Shown here: one piece after another, positions 50,204-59,940 of the stretch
How positions within the stretch are numbered: position 1 is the first letter of the stretch
How the letters are laid out: the number at the start of each line of letters is the position of its first letter
From: Acidobacteriota bacterium
GTDB lineage: Bacteria > Acidobacteriota > CAIWXX01
Length of the DNA stretch: 64,000 nucleotides
Assembly (NCBI GenBank): GCA_016191015.1
Contig: JACPPM010000301.1
Span: 5,472-69,471 of the forward strand
Reading direction: 5' to 3'
Made by a program: the position numbers and the translations under genes
The notes under the pieces: generated by a model
The model's input: only the letters and a program-made list of their open reading frames with translations
Told to the model about the DNA's origin: nothing
The model's database searches: none

Positions 50204-51571
50204 CTACTGCACGGCCCTTTGCGCGTTGACGAAGCCGCGGCCGTAGAAGGGATCGTTACCCTTCTTACCCTCGTCATCGGCGCTCTGAGCGAGCTTCGTT
50301 TTGAGGGCGCCGAGCGAGATGCCCGGGTTGGCCTGCTTGATGAGCGCGGCAACGGCCGCCGCCGCCGGCGCGGCCATGCTGGTGCCCGCTGCCCAGGCGT
50401 AGCTCGCCACGCTCGCCCCGCTGCCACGGGCCGTGCTCAGGACCATATCGAACACCCAGCACGGACGCGTCACGGGCCCCCCGGTGGAAGTCAGCTTCGT
50501 GCAAAGCGCGCTGCCGGGAAGCGTGAAGTCGCCGCCGGGAGCCGCCACATAGATGGCGGAGTTGCCGTAGTTGGTGTAGGACGACATACGGCGGAAGTTC
50601 GTCGCGCCCAGACCGAAGCCCTCCGGGCCGGTCGCCGAGATCGCGATGCCGCTGCCCGACTGGGCCGGTACGGCGATCAGGCTTCCCGTGTGGTCGAGGT
50701 CGTTGGCGCTGTTGCCCGCCGCGGAAACGACGAGCACACCGAACCGGTCGGCATAGTTCACGGCCTTGTTCAGCGCCGCGATCAGCGGGCCCGCGCCGGT
50801 GTTGCCGCCCCCGCGTGGGAACTCGGAACCGAGGCTCATGTTGATGATGTCGGCGCCGCCGCCGCCCTCGGCGAGGGACGTCGCGGCGTAGAGGATCCCC
50901 GAGATCACGGCGCCGAAAGAGCCGCTGCCCGCGTGGAGCACCTTGACGCCGACGATGGTAGCCTCCGGCGCGATCCCGACCGTTCCGATGGTGTTGTCGG
51001 CGGCGGCCACGATGCCGGCGACGTGCGTCCCGTGCCAGAACGTGCCCGTGTCTTGGTTGAAGGCGAAACCGGGGACGAAGGAGCGGGACGCCGCGACGTC
51101 GAGGTTGGGGGCGATGTCGACGTGGGCCGAGTGGATGCCGCCATCGAGGACCGCCACGCGGACGCCAAGGCCGGTATACCCGGCCGCCCAAGCCGCGGGC
51201 GCGTTGACCGCTTGCGGGGCCCACTGGACGTTGGTGTAGAACGTGTCGTCGTTGGGGTTGACGGCGGCGTCCACCAGCAGGACCTCGTTGACGGGCTGCT
51301 GCCACTGGACGACCTGATCTTCATCGATGCTGATGAAAGCGCCGCTCGCCCGAAGGCGGTCGGCGAAGTCCGGAGCGTCCGACGTGACCATGCCGAGACC
51401 GGCGCCGTCATGGCTGTACGTCACCGAGCCGCCGGCGTTCCGCACGGCGGCCTCCTGGTCCTGGCCCCAGCGGGCCGCGCTGAGCACGTATGTCTTTTCT
51501 CCTGCGAAGGCGGGCACGGCGATGGCGAGTGCGAGGGCCGCCACAGCCATGGCCCGAACAGTCGTTTTCAA
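50204..51571 (-). CDS. Secreted S8-family subtilisin-like serine peptidase
   Basis: Catalytic triad motifs VAVLDGG, HGTHVAG and GTSMAAP; signal peptide. Confidence 0.9.
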   Translation of the reverse strand: MKTTVRAMAVAALALAIAVPAFAGEKTYVLSAARWGQDQEAAVRNAGGSVTYSHDGAGLGMVTSDAPDFADRLRASGAFISIDEDQVVQWQQPVNEVLLVDAAVNPNDDTFYTNVQWAPQAVNAPAAWAAGYTGLGVRVAVLDGGIHSAHVDIAPNLDVAASRSFVPGFAFNQDTGTFWHGTHVAGIVAAADNTIGTVGIAPEATIVGVKVLHAGSGSFGAVISGILYAATSLAEGGGGADIINMSLGSEFPRGGGNTGAGPLIAALNKAVNYADRFGVLVVSAAGNSANDLDHTGSLIAVPAQSGSGIAISATGPEGFGLGATNFRRMSSYTNYGNSAIYVAAPGGDFTLPGSALCTKLTSTGGPVTRPCWVFDMVLSTARGSGASVASYAWAAGTSMAAPAAAAVAALIKQANPGISLGALKTKLAQSADDEGKKGNDPFYGRGFVNAQRAVQ

Positions 51572-51981
51572 GGGTCGACCTCCTTGGTTCTCTCCTCCCG
51601 GCGGTCGGCCGAGAGGATGGCGGATTAGTAACTACTCAGGTAGGCATCACCATGATGCCACCAACAGCGCAGTACTCTACTCCCCCTCTCCCCCACGCGC
51701 AAGACAAGCGAGAAGGATAATTGTTTTTGCTGGACCCGGACGTCAGGGATACGGAATCGGATGAACCATGACAGATGGCTAGATCGCTGCTTGACCGCGG
51801 AAGGATGAAAAATGGATTGCGCTGCAAAACCCCGCCTTCCAGATCGTGATTGGCGACTGAATGGAAGCAATCCCACCCTGAGGGTGAATGGCCTCATTTC
51901 CGAGGCCCGCAGGCCGGCCAGTTAATGGTGACTGGGGGCGGAACAATTGGCCCGCCTGTTTACGTCCAGATCGCTGTGGGC

Positions 51982-52314
51982 TCACAGCCGAGGAGCGGTC
52001 GGGACATGCCTGATGAGTGTGCATCGCAGGGCAAAGGCGGCCCAGCCAATCAAGGCGGTGGCCAGCAAGAAGATCGCCACAAGCGGTGTCGCCCGCCCCA
52101 TTGGATCGGAGAGCAGCGCGATCCCAAGCCACTCCTCAAGACATACGGTGGTGAAGAAGATGGCCGCGACGAGAAGCAGGGGCGCGCAGGCCCAGCAACC
52201 GTAGCGAGCGACAGCCTGAAGCTTGGTCAGGTTCCCGAAGCTCACTCGCCCGACCAAGCGCTTCCATGTCCAGATCTGTAGTGCAACGGTCCCGACCAGC
52301 ACCACGATGAGCAT
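51982..52314 (-). CDS. Hypothetical small membrane protein
   Basis: Three predicted TM helices; lies between the PKD-lipase and S8 genes; weak call. Confidence 0.3.
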   Translation of the reverse strand: MLIVVLVGTVALQIWTWKRLVGRVSFGNLTKLQAVARYGCWACAPLLLVAAIFFTTVCLEEWLGIALLSDPMGRATPLVAIFLLATALIGWAAFALRCTLIRHVPTAPRL

Positions 52315-52368
52315 CCCGCCTGCGCCTCACTCTGCCTGCAGTCTCGACCGCAGCATCTCCCCTGGTCC

Positions 52369-54333
52369 CTAGAAATCGTCCAGCCCGTTACAGTTCGAGT
52401 CCTTGTTGTCTCCCGGCGACTCGAACGCCCCGGGGTGGACCGTGGCGTCGGCGTCATTGCAGTCGCTACCGCGCACGTCCCCCTGGTACCGGTTTGCATA
52501 TTGGTCTCCATCGACGTCGTAGAGCTTGAGTGTGTTGCTGGTGCTGGTCGCGCCGCTATTGTCAGTGGCTGTTCCAACGATCGAGAAGATGCCCGACCCG
52601 GCGTAGATGTGGTAGTAGGAGAGGCCCGGGGTGATTGTCACCACACCGCCCTCACCGAAGTCGATCGTCGCGGACGTCACAGTTCCGTCGCTGTCTGACG
52701 CCGTGAGCATGACCACCACCTTCAGCGGGTTCTCAGTCCCGCCCTGCTGTGCCGTCAGTATGGCCGAAGGCGGCTGGTTGGGCGCGCTGACCCTCACCTG
52801 AGCCGTCTCGGTGTCGCTGGATCCCTTGTTGTCCTTGACCGTGAGGATCACGCTATACGTCCCGTTGGTCGCGTATTTGTGTGTCGTCGTCGCCCCCGAG
52901 CCCTTGGTCGAATTGTCCCCGTAATCCCAGGAATAGCTGGCGATCTGTCCATCAGGATCAGACGAGGACGTCCCGTTGAATGCGAAGGTCGTGTTCGTGT
53001 CTCCCTGGGTCGGTGAAACCGTGAAGCCGGCAACCGGCGGCTTGTTGGGACCCGTGACGTTGATGGTGGCCGCATCGGTCCCTGTGAGGTCGTCGTCGTC
53101 GGTCACGGTGAGAGTGGTGGTGTAGATGCCCTCCGCGACGTATGTGTGCTGGACGTTCGAGCCGCTGCCCTGTGTATTGTCCCCGAAGGTCCAGCTCCAT
53201 TCAGTGACATCGCCATCATCGTCGTGACTGCTCGTGCCGTCGAACGACACCGCCAGGGGCACAGGTCCGGAGGACGGTGTCGATCGGATGATGGCCGTGG
53301 GCGGCTGCATTCCGGGGAGCGGCGCCTGCGTCTCGATGAGCTGGGCCGGCCCCACTGCGATCTCGCCACCATCCTTGTCGTCGACAAAAATATGGTAGCG
53401 GCTCGGCTCGAGCCCCTCGACATAGCAACGCTTGGTCGTCTCGTTCTTCTTCAGCTCGACAAGTTGGGTCTTCCCGTTTTGCTTCAGGTAGGCTTCCGTG
53501 CCCTTCAGCTCCACCACGACTTCCCCACGATCCTTCCCATTGACGTTGCGCCCAATCGTCTGCCACAGGGGGTTGTCCTCGAGAAAGAGGCGCGAGAGCT
53601 TGAAAACGGGGTCATCGGAGTTCTTGATATCGAGGATCGGCCGCTTGCCCGTCACGAATCTGCCGTGTCGCAATCCGAGCCGCACCTTGAAGCCGGAGAC
53701 GAACGGCAAAATCGTCGCGTTCGACGCGCTGACCGGAATCATCCCGTCGTCCTTGGATGTGATGATGAGCAGCTTCGGGTATTTGGTCAGCAGATCAGGA
53801 TCGTTCGCGATCTTTGTCGCCGTGTTCCTGATCTGCGTGTAATAACTGTCGAAATAGTTCGATCCCTTCGAAACGGCCGGTGTCAGGTTCTTGGACATGC
53901 CGGTGAAGGTGAGAATCGCGTCGATATCCTGTGCCTGGGAATCGACACCGTCGATCAGAGGACTGATCAGCACAACCCGATCCACCATCTGTTCACGGAT
54001 CGCCTTGTCTTTGAGAACGGCTTCCAGGACAGACGTCGCGGCGATCGAGTGCGCCACGATTCCGATCTTCTCGCGTCCCGATTTCTGAAACGCCTCGCGA
54101 ATCTCCGCTTTCACCGAGCTGGAATAGGCGGCGATCGAGGCTGATTTCAGATTCGGCTTTCCAACCAGGGCCGACGATCCCATTGCGGCGACCCACTTCT
54201 CCCACGCCACATCCGGATCAGGCTCGCCCAGCCCGCTCAGCAACAGCACCTTCTTCTGCAACGCAGATTCAACGGCCGGCCCGCCGCTCAGGAAGACCAT
54301 CCCCAGCATCATCACAAACACCTTCTTCATCAC
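52369..54333 (-). CDS. Secreted alpha/beta-hydrolase (lipase/esterase-like) with three PKD domains
   Basis: Signal peptide; GIVAHSIAA nucleophile-elbow-like motif; three repeats of about 90 aa with the PKD pattern WxFGDxxxxxGxxxxHxY; lower GC than the flanks. Confidence 0.75.
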   Translation of the reverse strand: MMKKVFVMMLGMVFLSGGPAVESALQKKVLLLSGLGEPDPDVAWEKWVAAMGSSALVGKPNLKSASIAAYSSSVKAEIREAFQKSGREKIGIVAHSIAATSVLEAVLKDKAIREQMVDRVVLISPLIDGVDSQAQDIDAILTFTGMSKNLTPAVSKGSNYFDSYYTQIRNTATKIANDPDLLTKYPKLLIITSKDDGMIPVSASNATILPFVSGFKVRLGLRHGRFVTGKRPILDIKNSDDPVFKLSRLFLEDNPLWQTIGRNVNGKDRGEVVVELKGTEAYLKQNGKTQLVELKKNETTKRCYVEGLEPSRYHIFVDDKDGGEIAVGPAQLIETQAPLPGMQPPTAIIRSTPSSGPVPLAVSFDGTSSHDDDGDVTEWSWTFGDNTQGSGSNVQHTYVAEGIYTTTLTVTDDDDLTGTDAATINVTGPNKPPVAGFTVSPTQGDTNTTFAFNGTSSSDPDGQIASYSWDYGDNSTKGSGATTTHKYATNGTYSVILTVKDNKGSSDTETAQVRVSAPNQPPSAILTAQQGGTENPLKVVVMLTASDSDGTVTSATIDFGEGGVVTITPGLSYYHIYAGSGIFSIVGTATDNSGATSTSNTLKLYDVDGDQYANRYQGDVRGSDCNDADATVHPGAFESPGDNKDSNCNGLDDF

Positions 54334-54408
54334 GCTGCCTCCTGCAAGTCGCTGGCAACAATACTACATGCCGAAGCAACGCGGGGCAAATTGTTGAGCA
54401 GGAGCAAG

Positions 54409-54575
54409 GTGGAGCGTAGAGCGTGGAGCGTGGAGCGTGGAGCATGCAGGTAGTGGCGAAGCAGGGTCGTGCACGATGACGGATGCCTACAGGGATCAGG
54501 AACCCGAATCGTCTGGTCCGGCCTAGCCCCTAGCCCCTAGTCCCTGGTCCCTAGTCCCAAGTCCCTAGCCCCTGG
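54409..54575. repeat. Composite array: (GGAGCGT)x5 at 54409-54448, then (CTAGYCC)x7 at 54522-54575 abutting the stop of the upstream minus-strand gene (copy H)
   Basis: ggtggagcgtagagcgtggagcgtggagcgtggagc ... tccggcctagcccctagcccctagtccctggtccctagtcccaagtccctagcccctgg. Confidence 0.8.
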
Positions 54576-54579
54576 ATCG

Positions 54580-56190
54580 TCACGCGAATCGTTTGTTCGT
54601 CACGAAATCGGACATCAACGATGCGAGCTGGACGGGTCTGTCGGTCTTGACGGGAAACCCGATCTTGACCTCCTCCGCCTCCAAAACCACACTCATACGT
54701 GGCCTCGCCATCTCCCCCTGTTTCTCGCCGATCGTGATCGACAGATTTCGGATCTGGGGGTAGGTCATCTTCCGGTTCACCGAACCATTCGAGAAGACGA
54801 GGGATTTCTCGGTGACAAAGAAGGACCCGGCGACCTTGCTGTCCCGCAGTTCGAGCTCGGCCCGTTCCCCCCACCACAGCCGGGGCGCAACAGATCCCAT
54901 GTAGACCGTGCCTTCCCCTCGCAGCAACGGGAAGCGGCGGGTGACCTTCTCCGGCACGCGGGTGATTCCCAGCTTGCGCAACCCCTCCTCGAACTCGCGA
55001 TCCACGATCACCTGCCTGCCAGGCAGGGGATATCCACAGTGGAAGCACCCCGAGCTTTCGGCGGGATTGCGGCGCTGACATCGAGGGCATGATTGGAAGA
55101 CGAGGAATCCGCAGAAGGCGCATCGCGCGCTGGGGCTGCCGACATGCTGGCAGGAGGGGCACTGAACCTGTTCCTGCTCGATCTGCTTCTCGGTCTTGTT
55201 GCCGAGCGATTGTCCGCACTGGGGGCAGCTCTCATCGGTCGCCTTCACCCGCTTGCCGCAGCCGGAGCACTGATACGTTCGGCGCTTGTGGCCCTTCGAT
55301 TCCATGAAATTGAAATAGTGAAAAAGCTCGCCGCTCCTCGTCATGTCGTTCGTCGCTTGCGACACCTCACCGAAATCGATCTTCTGACTCCGCAAGCTAT
55401 GACCGACAAGCAGTGAGAGGTCGGCGATCGAGCAGATCACGCGCGGGACCCCCTGGCTGAACCGGTGAATGCCTTCGATCGCCGTGGCTGTGAAGACCTC
55501 CCGATCGAGCTGCCCTGCTGCACGGACGCGGTACTTGATGAGGTCGCCGGTGTCACGCAGATCGAGGTTCTTGAGGAAGAACCGGACGGGTAGCCGCTGC
55601 CAGAATTCAGGCATCTTCTTGACCGCGCCTTCCAGCGGCTTCTGTCCAGAAAAGACGAAGGAGAGCAGGAAGGTATCGGAGACACAGAAGTTGAGGAGGA
55701 TCCGGAGCTCCTGCAGGATGTCGGGTTTGTGGACCAGCATCTGGCCTTCATCGACGATGACCAGCGCTTTCGTGCCGGCGTGATGCAGCTCTTCGAGCTT
55801 CACCCTGAGAGCATTCAGGTTGTCGATCTTCTCTTTGCGGACGCGAGCGACCCCGAGCTGTCTGGCGATCTCCGCGATCATCTGATTGACGGTGAGGGTC
55901 GGGTGATCGATGAAGGCGATCTTGATGTTCCCTTCGTACTCCTCGGTCAACTCCTCTACAAGTCTGCGCAGGATCGATGTCTTCCCATCCCCGGCGTTTT
56001 CCGAGATCAGAAGTACTCCACCCTTGTTCGACACCACGCCATACTTGAGGCGCATCAGCGCCTCCTGGTGCTGAGCGCTGAGGAACAGCATGTCCGGGTC
56101 CGGGGAGAGCGAAAAGGGGTGCCGGGCAAACCCCCAGTAAGAGAGGTACTCTGGGACCATTATCCGTTCCAAAAAAGCAAGCCACGGCAT
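54580..56190 (-). CDS. ExeA/GspA-like AAA ATPase fused to three zinc-ribbon modules and a C-terminal PH-like domain
   Basis: YWGFARHPFSLSPDPDMLFLSAQHQEALMRL plus the Walker A GDGKTS is the ExeA signature. Three CxxC...CxxC ribbons. The C-terminal domain of about 150 aa is unassigned. Confidence 0.7.
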   Translation of the reverse strand: MPWLAFLERIMVPEYLSYWGFARHPFSLSPDPDMLFLSAQHQEALMRLKYGVVSNKGGVLLISENAGDGKTSILRRLVEELTEEYEGNIKIAFIDHPTLTVNQMIAEIARQLGVARVRKEKIDNLNALRVKLEELHHAGTKALVIVDEGQMLVHKPDILQELRILLNFCVSDTFLLSFVFSGQKPLEGAVKKMPEFWQRLPVRFFLKNLDLRDTGDLIKYRVRAAGQLDREVFTATAIEGIHRFSQGVPRVICSIADLSLLVGHSLRSQKIDFGEVSQATNDMTRSGELFHYFNFMESKGHKRRTYQCSGCGKRVKATDESCPQCGQSLGNKTEKQIEQEQVQCPSCQHVGSPSARCAFCGFLVFQSCPRCQRRNPAESSGCFHCGYPLPGRQVIVDREFEEGLRKLGITRVPEKVTRRFPLLRGEGTVYMGSVAPRLWWGERAELELRDSKVAGSFFVTEKSLVFSNGSVNRKMTYPQIRNLSITIGEKQGEMARPRMSVVLEAEEVKIGFPVKTDRPVQLASLMSDFVTNKRFA

Positions 56191-56245
56191 ACTACCACAA
56201 AACCTCCCCGCCGGGGCGAATCAGATTTGCCGACTCGCGTCGGCG

Positions 56246-57448
56246 CTATTTCTGCGCGGGCTGGCTTTGGGCCGCGGGCTGCGACTGCGCGGCGGGTTGC
56301 GATTGTGCCGCCGCCGGTTGGCTCTGCGGAGCCGGGGGCGGCGGCGGAGGTTGCATCACGTACGCCGTCAGAATTCCCTCGCCGCTCTCCGCATCGTACG
56401 TGGCGGCGTAGAGCACACGGTTGGCCAGCAGTGGAGTCGTCCGAGACTCGGCCCCCAAGTCAACGACCCCGCTCGGGATTGCGGCCCCCGTGATCGGGTC
56501 GACGGCGGTAAGCCGGTTGGAAAATGAAGCGACGACAATCATGTGATCGAAGACGAGCAGCTGGTCGTACATCCGGGCCGGGATGGGTGTCCGGAATACC
56601 CAGGCTCCGTTGTCCTTCAAGCAGTAGAGAAAATTATCGTACCCGGCGACAAAGACCCGCTCCCTGCCATCGATCATAGCTACCACGGGAGGTGCGACAA
56701 CGTCCGCCTCGGTCCTGACTCGCCACTTCACCGTGCCCTTCTCCTTGTCCACTCCGTAGATGAAATTGTCGGTCGAGCCTGCGACGATGACCTCTCGGAG
56801 AACCGCAGGCCGGCTCCGCATCTCTCCTCCTCCCGCGCATGTCCAGACGGTGGTGCCGTCACCCGCGCGGAGGCAATGGATCTCGCCGGCGAGCGTCGCG
56901 ACGTAGAGCCGGTCTCCCTCGATCGCCGGTGGGCTCACGATCTTGCCGCCCGGTGAGGCCTTCCAAACAAACCGATGCTCCTTGATCGAGTAACAGCGGA
57001 GCTGTGACTCGCCGGCTATGAAGTAGAGCGATTCACCGGCAAGCACTCCGGGCGTCGAGGGGGCACCGAACTTGAGCTGCTTGTAGACCACCTCACCGGT
57101 CGAGGCGCTCAGCTCAAAGTACTCGTCATCCCGGCTGAACAGGAGGATGCGATCCCCCGACAGGACGGGCTGAGTCGGGATCTCATGCATCGCCTTGAAC
57201 ATCCACCGCGCTTGGCCGGTCGATGGGTCAAGCGCGTAACCGTACCCCTTGGACGTCGTCACGTAGACGCGATCCGCGTCGGCCACAGGTGGACCGACGA
57301 TCAGCCCGGGCCCGCGCCATTGCCACTTGAGGATCAGGGGAAAATCGATCGGGTAGGGGGACGGAAGCGGGGTCGAAGGCTGCTCGGGTTTGCTGAGAAT
57401 CCCGCATCCGGCGAGCAGGACCAGTGGGAGTATGACGGCGTAGCGCAT
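56246..57448 (-). CDS. BamB-like PQQ beta-propeller lipoprotein with a C-terminal Pro/Gln-rich repeat tail
   Basis: Lipobox LLAGCG; repeated GxxVWxx...LY(V/A)(A/G) PQQ blades; tail PPPPPPAPQSQPAAAQSQPAAQSQPAAQSQPAQK. Confidence 0.7.
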   Translation of the reverse strand: MRYAVILPLVLLAGCGILSKPEQPSTPLPSPYPIDFPLILKWQWRGPGLIVGPPVADADRVYVTTSKGYGYALDPSTGQARWMFKAMHEIPTQPVLSGDRILLFSRDDEYFELSASTGEVVYKQLKFGAPSTPGVLAGESLYFIAGESQLRCYSIKEHRFVWKASPGGKIVSPPAIEGDRLYVATLAGEIHCLRAGDGTTVWTCAGGGEMRSRPAVLREVIVAGSTDNFIYGVDKEKGTVKWRVRTEADVVAPPVVAMIDGRERVFVAGYDNFLYCLKDNGAWVFRTPIPARMYDQLLVFDHMIVVASFSNRLTAVDPITGAAIPSGVVDLGAESRTTPLLANRVLYAATYDAESGEGILTAYVMQPPPPPPAPQSQPAAAQSQPAAQSQPAAQSQPAQK

Positions 57449-57517
57449 GCAAAAACCGGGACATACTATCCCCCGGCGCAGAGGGGAGTCAATCGCACTT
57501 GGAGCGGCTTCGACGCG

Positions 57518-57922
57518 CTAGGGCTCCGCGGGAGGAGCACTGTGGGGGCGCAGTGACTTGGCGATGAGCCCGAGTCCGGCTGCGAGGAGGCCGAGCATGA
57601 TGAGCGTATTGAACAAACTTGTCGGCTGGAAATAGATGTGCATGTTCATCATCACGCCGGCGATGATGATTCCGAAGCCCAGGAGGGTGAGGACCCAACC
57701 GGAGGCCGACCGGCCGTTGAAAAACAGAATGCCGATCCCGACAAGCATCGGCAGGAGGCTCAGCCCGAAGGCGTTCATCCCGTAAAACCGCCAGTATCCC
57801 GTCGTGACCTCTACCTGATTCATGAAAAGGTAGGCCCCGATACCGGACATCATCAACCCGGCAAAAAACTCCAACACGCCACCGGGCGTGCCCCCGGCCC
57901 CTCGTTGCTGGTCATTGCTCAT
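57518..57922 (-). CDS. Hypothetical 4-TM small membrane protein
   Basis: Hydrophobic segments; sits upstream of the BamB-like gene in the same orientation. Confidence 0.5.
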   Translation of the reverse strand: MSNDQQRGAGGTPGGVLEFFAGLMMSGIGAYLFMNQVEVTTGYWRFYGMNAFGLSLLPMLVGIGILFFNGRSASGWVLTLLGFGIIIAGVMMNMHIYFQPTSLFNTLIMLGLLAAGLGLIAKSLRPHSAPPAEP

Positions 57923-58086
57923 GCTCTCATCCTCCGGCGCTGCGCACGCGCTCCGACGATCAACGTGCAGCAGTGATTTTGATGACGATGATATTCACGG
58001 GCAGCGAGCCTGTCAAACCGGAGGCGCCTTGTCTTCCCCCCTCCCCTCCGCTAGAATTCGCGCGGTTCACACTTAGCGAGGAGAAC

Positions 58087-59088
58087 ATGCCTGAGCTCCG
58101 AAAAGATCCTGTGATCGGACGATGGGTCATCATCTCGAGCGAACGCGGGAAGCGCCCGACTGACTACAAGTCCGAGGCGGCGCCGCGCCGCAACGGTGGA
58201 TTCTGCCCGTTCTGTCCGGGCCACGAGGACAAGACGCCCCCCGAGGTTCTCTCGTATCGCAAGGATGGGAGTGCGCCCAACACCGCCGGTTGGGACCTGC
58301 GGGTCGTTCCCAACAAGTTCCCGGCGCTGCAGATCGAAGGTGGCCTGAACCGTCAGGGTGAGGGGATCTTCGATAGGATGAACGGCATCGGCGCACACGA
58401 GGTGATTATCGAGACCCCCCTCCACGATGCCACGCTCGCGAGTCTCGGCGAAAAAGATGTGGAGAACGTGCTGTGGAGCTTCCACGACAGGGTGCTGGAT
58501 TTGAAGAAGGATCGCCGATTCAAGTACATCCTCCTGTTCAAGAACCACGGTGAGGCGGCCGGCGCCTCGCTCGAGCACACTCACTCGCAGCTGATCGCCC
58601 TCCCGATCCTGCCCAAGCGTGTGCGCGAAGAGATCGACGGATGCAAGACCTACTTCAGCTTCAAGGAGCGATGTATCTACTGCGACATCATCAAACAGGA
58701 GACCGACGCGGGTGTGCGCGTCATCGCCGAGAATTGGGATTTCATCGCGATCTCGCCCTACGCTCCCCGGTTTCCGTTCGAAATGTGGGTTCTGCCCAAG
58801 AACCATGGAGCCTCGTTCGAGTCTGCCCAGAAGCACGAATACGAAAACCTCGCCAAGATCCTGAAGGATCTCCTCGTCCGCATGGACCGGGTTCTCGACT
58901 CGCCCCCTTACAATCTGATCGTGCAGACATCTCCTTTCCACGAGCTGGTGGCCGACTTCTACCACTGGCGGATCGAGATCATGCCGAAGCTCACCAAGGT
59001 TGCCGGCTTCGAGTGGGGCACCGGATTCTACATAAATCCGACGCTGCCGGAAGAGGCCGCAACGTTCATGCGCGAGGTGGTTCTCTAG
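58087..59088 (+). CDS. galT: Galactose-1-phosphate uridylyltransferase-like HIT-family enzyme
   Basis: CPFCPGHE zinc motif and HTHSQL (HxHxQ) active site. Start chosen at MPELRKDPVIGRW. Confidence 0.75.
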   Translation: MPELRKDPVIGRWVIISSERGKRPTDYKSEAAPRRNGGFCPFCPGHEDKTPPEVLSYRKDGSAPNTAGWDLRVVPNKFPALQIEGGLNRQGEGIFDRMNGIGAHEVIIETPLHDATLASLGEKDVENVLWSFHDRVLDLKKDRRFKYILLFKNHGEAAGASLEHTHSQLIALPILPKRVREEIDGCKTYFSFKERCIYCDIIKQETDAGVRVIAENWDFIAISPYAPRFPFEMWVLPKNHGASFESAQKHEYENLAKILKDLLVRMDRVLDSPPYNLIVQTSPFHELVADFYHWRIEIMPKLTKVAGFEWGTGFYINPTLPEEAATFMREVVL

Positions 59089-59173
59089 GAACCCGCCGGA
59101 TGGCGCGGATTCAGGGCAGCCTATTGTGCCCGGCATTGCATCCCTGTATACTCCGCGTTCGAACGAACGTTCG

Positions 59174-59863
59174 ATGGATATGAAGACGAATTCGCCGAGG
59201 TCCTCTGGACGGCGCGCCGGGAGGGTGTCGATTCGGGCAGAGCTGTCTGCGCCCCGGCCGTCGGAAAAGCTGCGGGAGATCAAGCGCCACGCCGCCGACG
59301 TGTTCGCGGACCGGGGGTTCCACCGGGCCGGGATGCGAGATATTTCGAGTGCGACGGGGATGTCGCTGGCGGGCCTGTATTACTACTTCAGTAGTAAAGA
59401 TGAGTTGCTCTACCTGATTTCCGAAAGCGCCTTTTCGACTCTACTGAGCAACCTGGAGGGCCCTTTCGCGACGACACAGCGGCCCGATGAGCGGCTGAGG
59501 ATCTTCGTCTTCCAGCACCTGGACTATTTCCTTGCGAACAAGAACGAGATGAAGGTCATCTCGCACGAGGCTCAGTCGTTGACTCAGGAGTATGCCGATC
59601 AGGTGGCCGATAAGAAACAGCGCTATTTCAAAGTCCTTGCGACTCTGATAGCGAGTCTGCTGAGGGAGTCGGCTGGAGCGGAACCGGGCCGGCGGGTGGT
59701 CCGGGTGGTCACCTTGTCCCTCTTCGGGATGATGAACTGGATCTACAACTGGCACGACCCGGCCAAGGACGGCGACGCCCGCTACCTGGCCGATTGTATG
59801 ACTGGCATCTTCCTGAACGGCCTCACGAGCCTGGCCGCCGCCCGAAAAGCAAACCATGATTGA
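59174..59863 (+). CDS. TetR/AcrR-family transcriptional regulator
   Basis: N-terminal HTH (FADRGFHRAGMRDISSATGMSLAGLYYYF). Confidence 0.8.
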   Translation: MDMKTNSPRSSGRRAGRVSIRAELSAPRPSEKLREIKRHAADVFADRGFHRAGMRDISSATGMSLAGLYYYFSSKDELLYLISESAFSTLLSNLEGPFATTQRPDERLRIFVFQHLDYFLANKNEMKVISHEAQSLTQEYADQVADKKQRYFKVLATLIASLLRESAGAEPGRRVVRVVTLSLFGMMNWIYNWHDPAKDGDARYLADCMTGIFLNGLTSLAAARKANHD

Positions 59864-59867
59864 CTTT

Positions 59868-59920
59868 TGGAACTTTGAACTTTGAACTTTGAACTTTGAA
59901 CTTTGAACTTTGAACTCATC
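59868..59920. repeat. (TTTGAAC)x7 single-arm array between the TetR and ADH genes (copy I)
   Basis: ttggaactttgaac... x7, ending in aactcatcatgc; shares its tail with copy D. Confidence 0.85.
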
Positions 59921-59940
59921 ATGCGATCGTGGAGGCACTC

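Noticed and set aside
50090-51628. 512-aa plus-strand ORF and a 343-aa minus-strand alternative frame over the S8 protease
   Set aside because: They overlap a protease gene with an intact catalytic triad; Arg/Gly-rich junk composition.
58051-59283. 410-aa minus-strand ORF across galT and tetR
   Set aside because: Antisense; spans two well-supported plus-strand genes.
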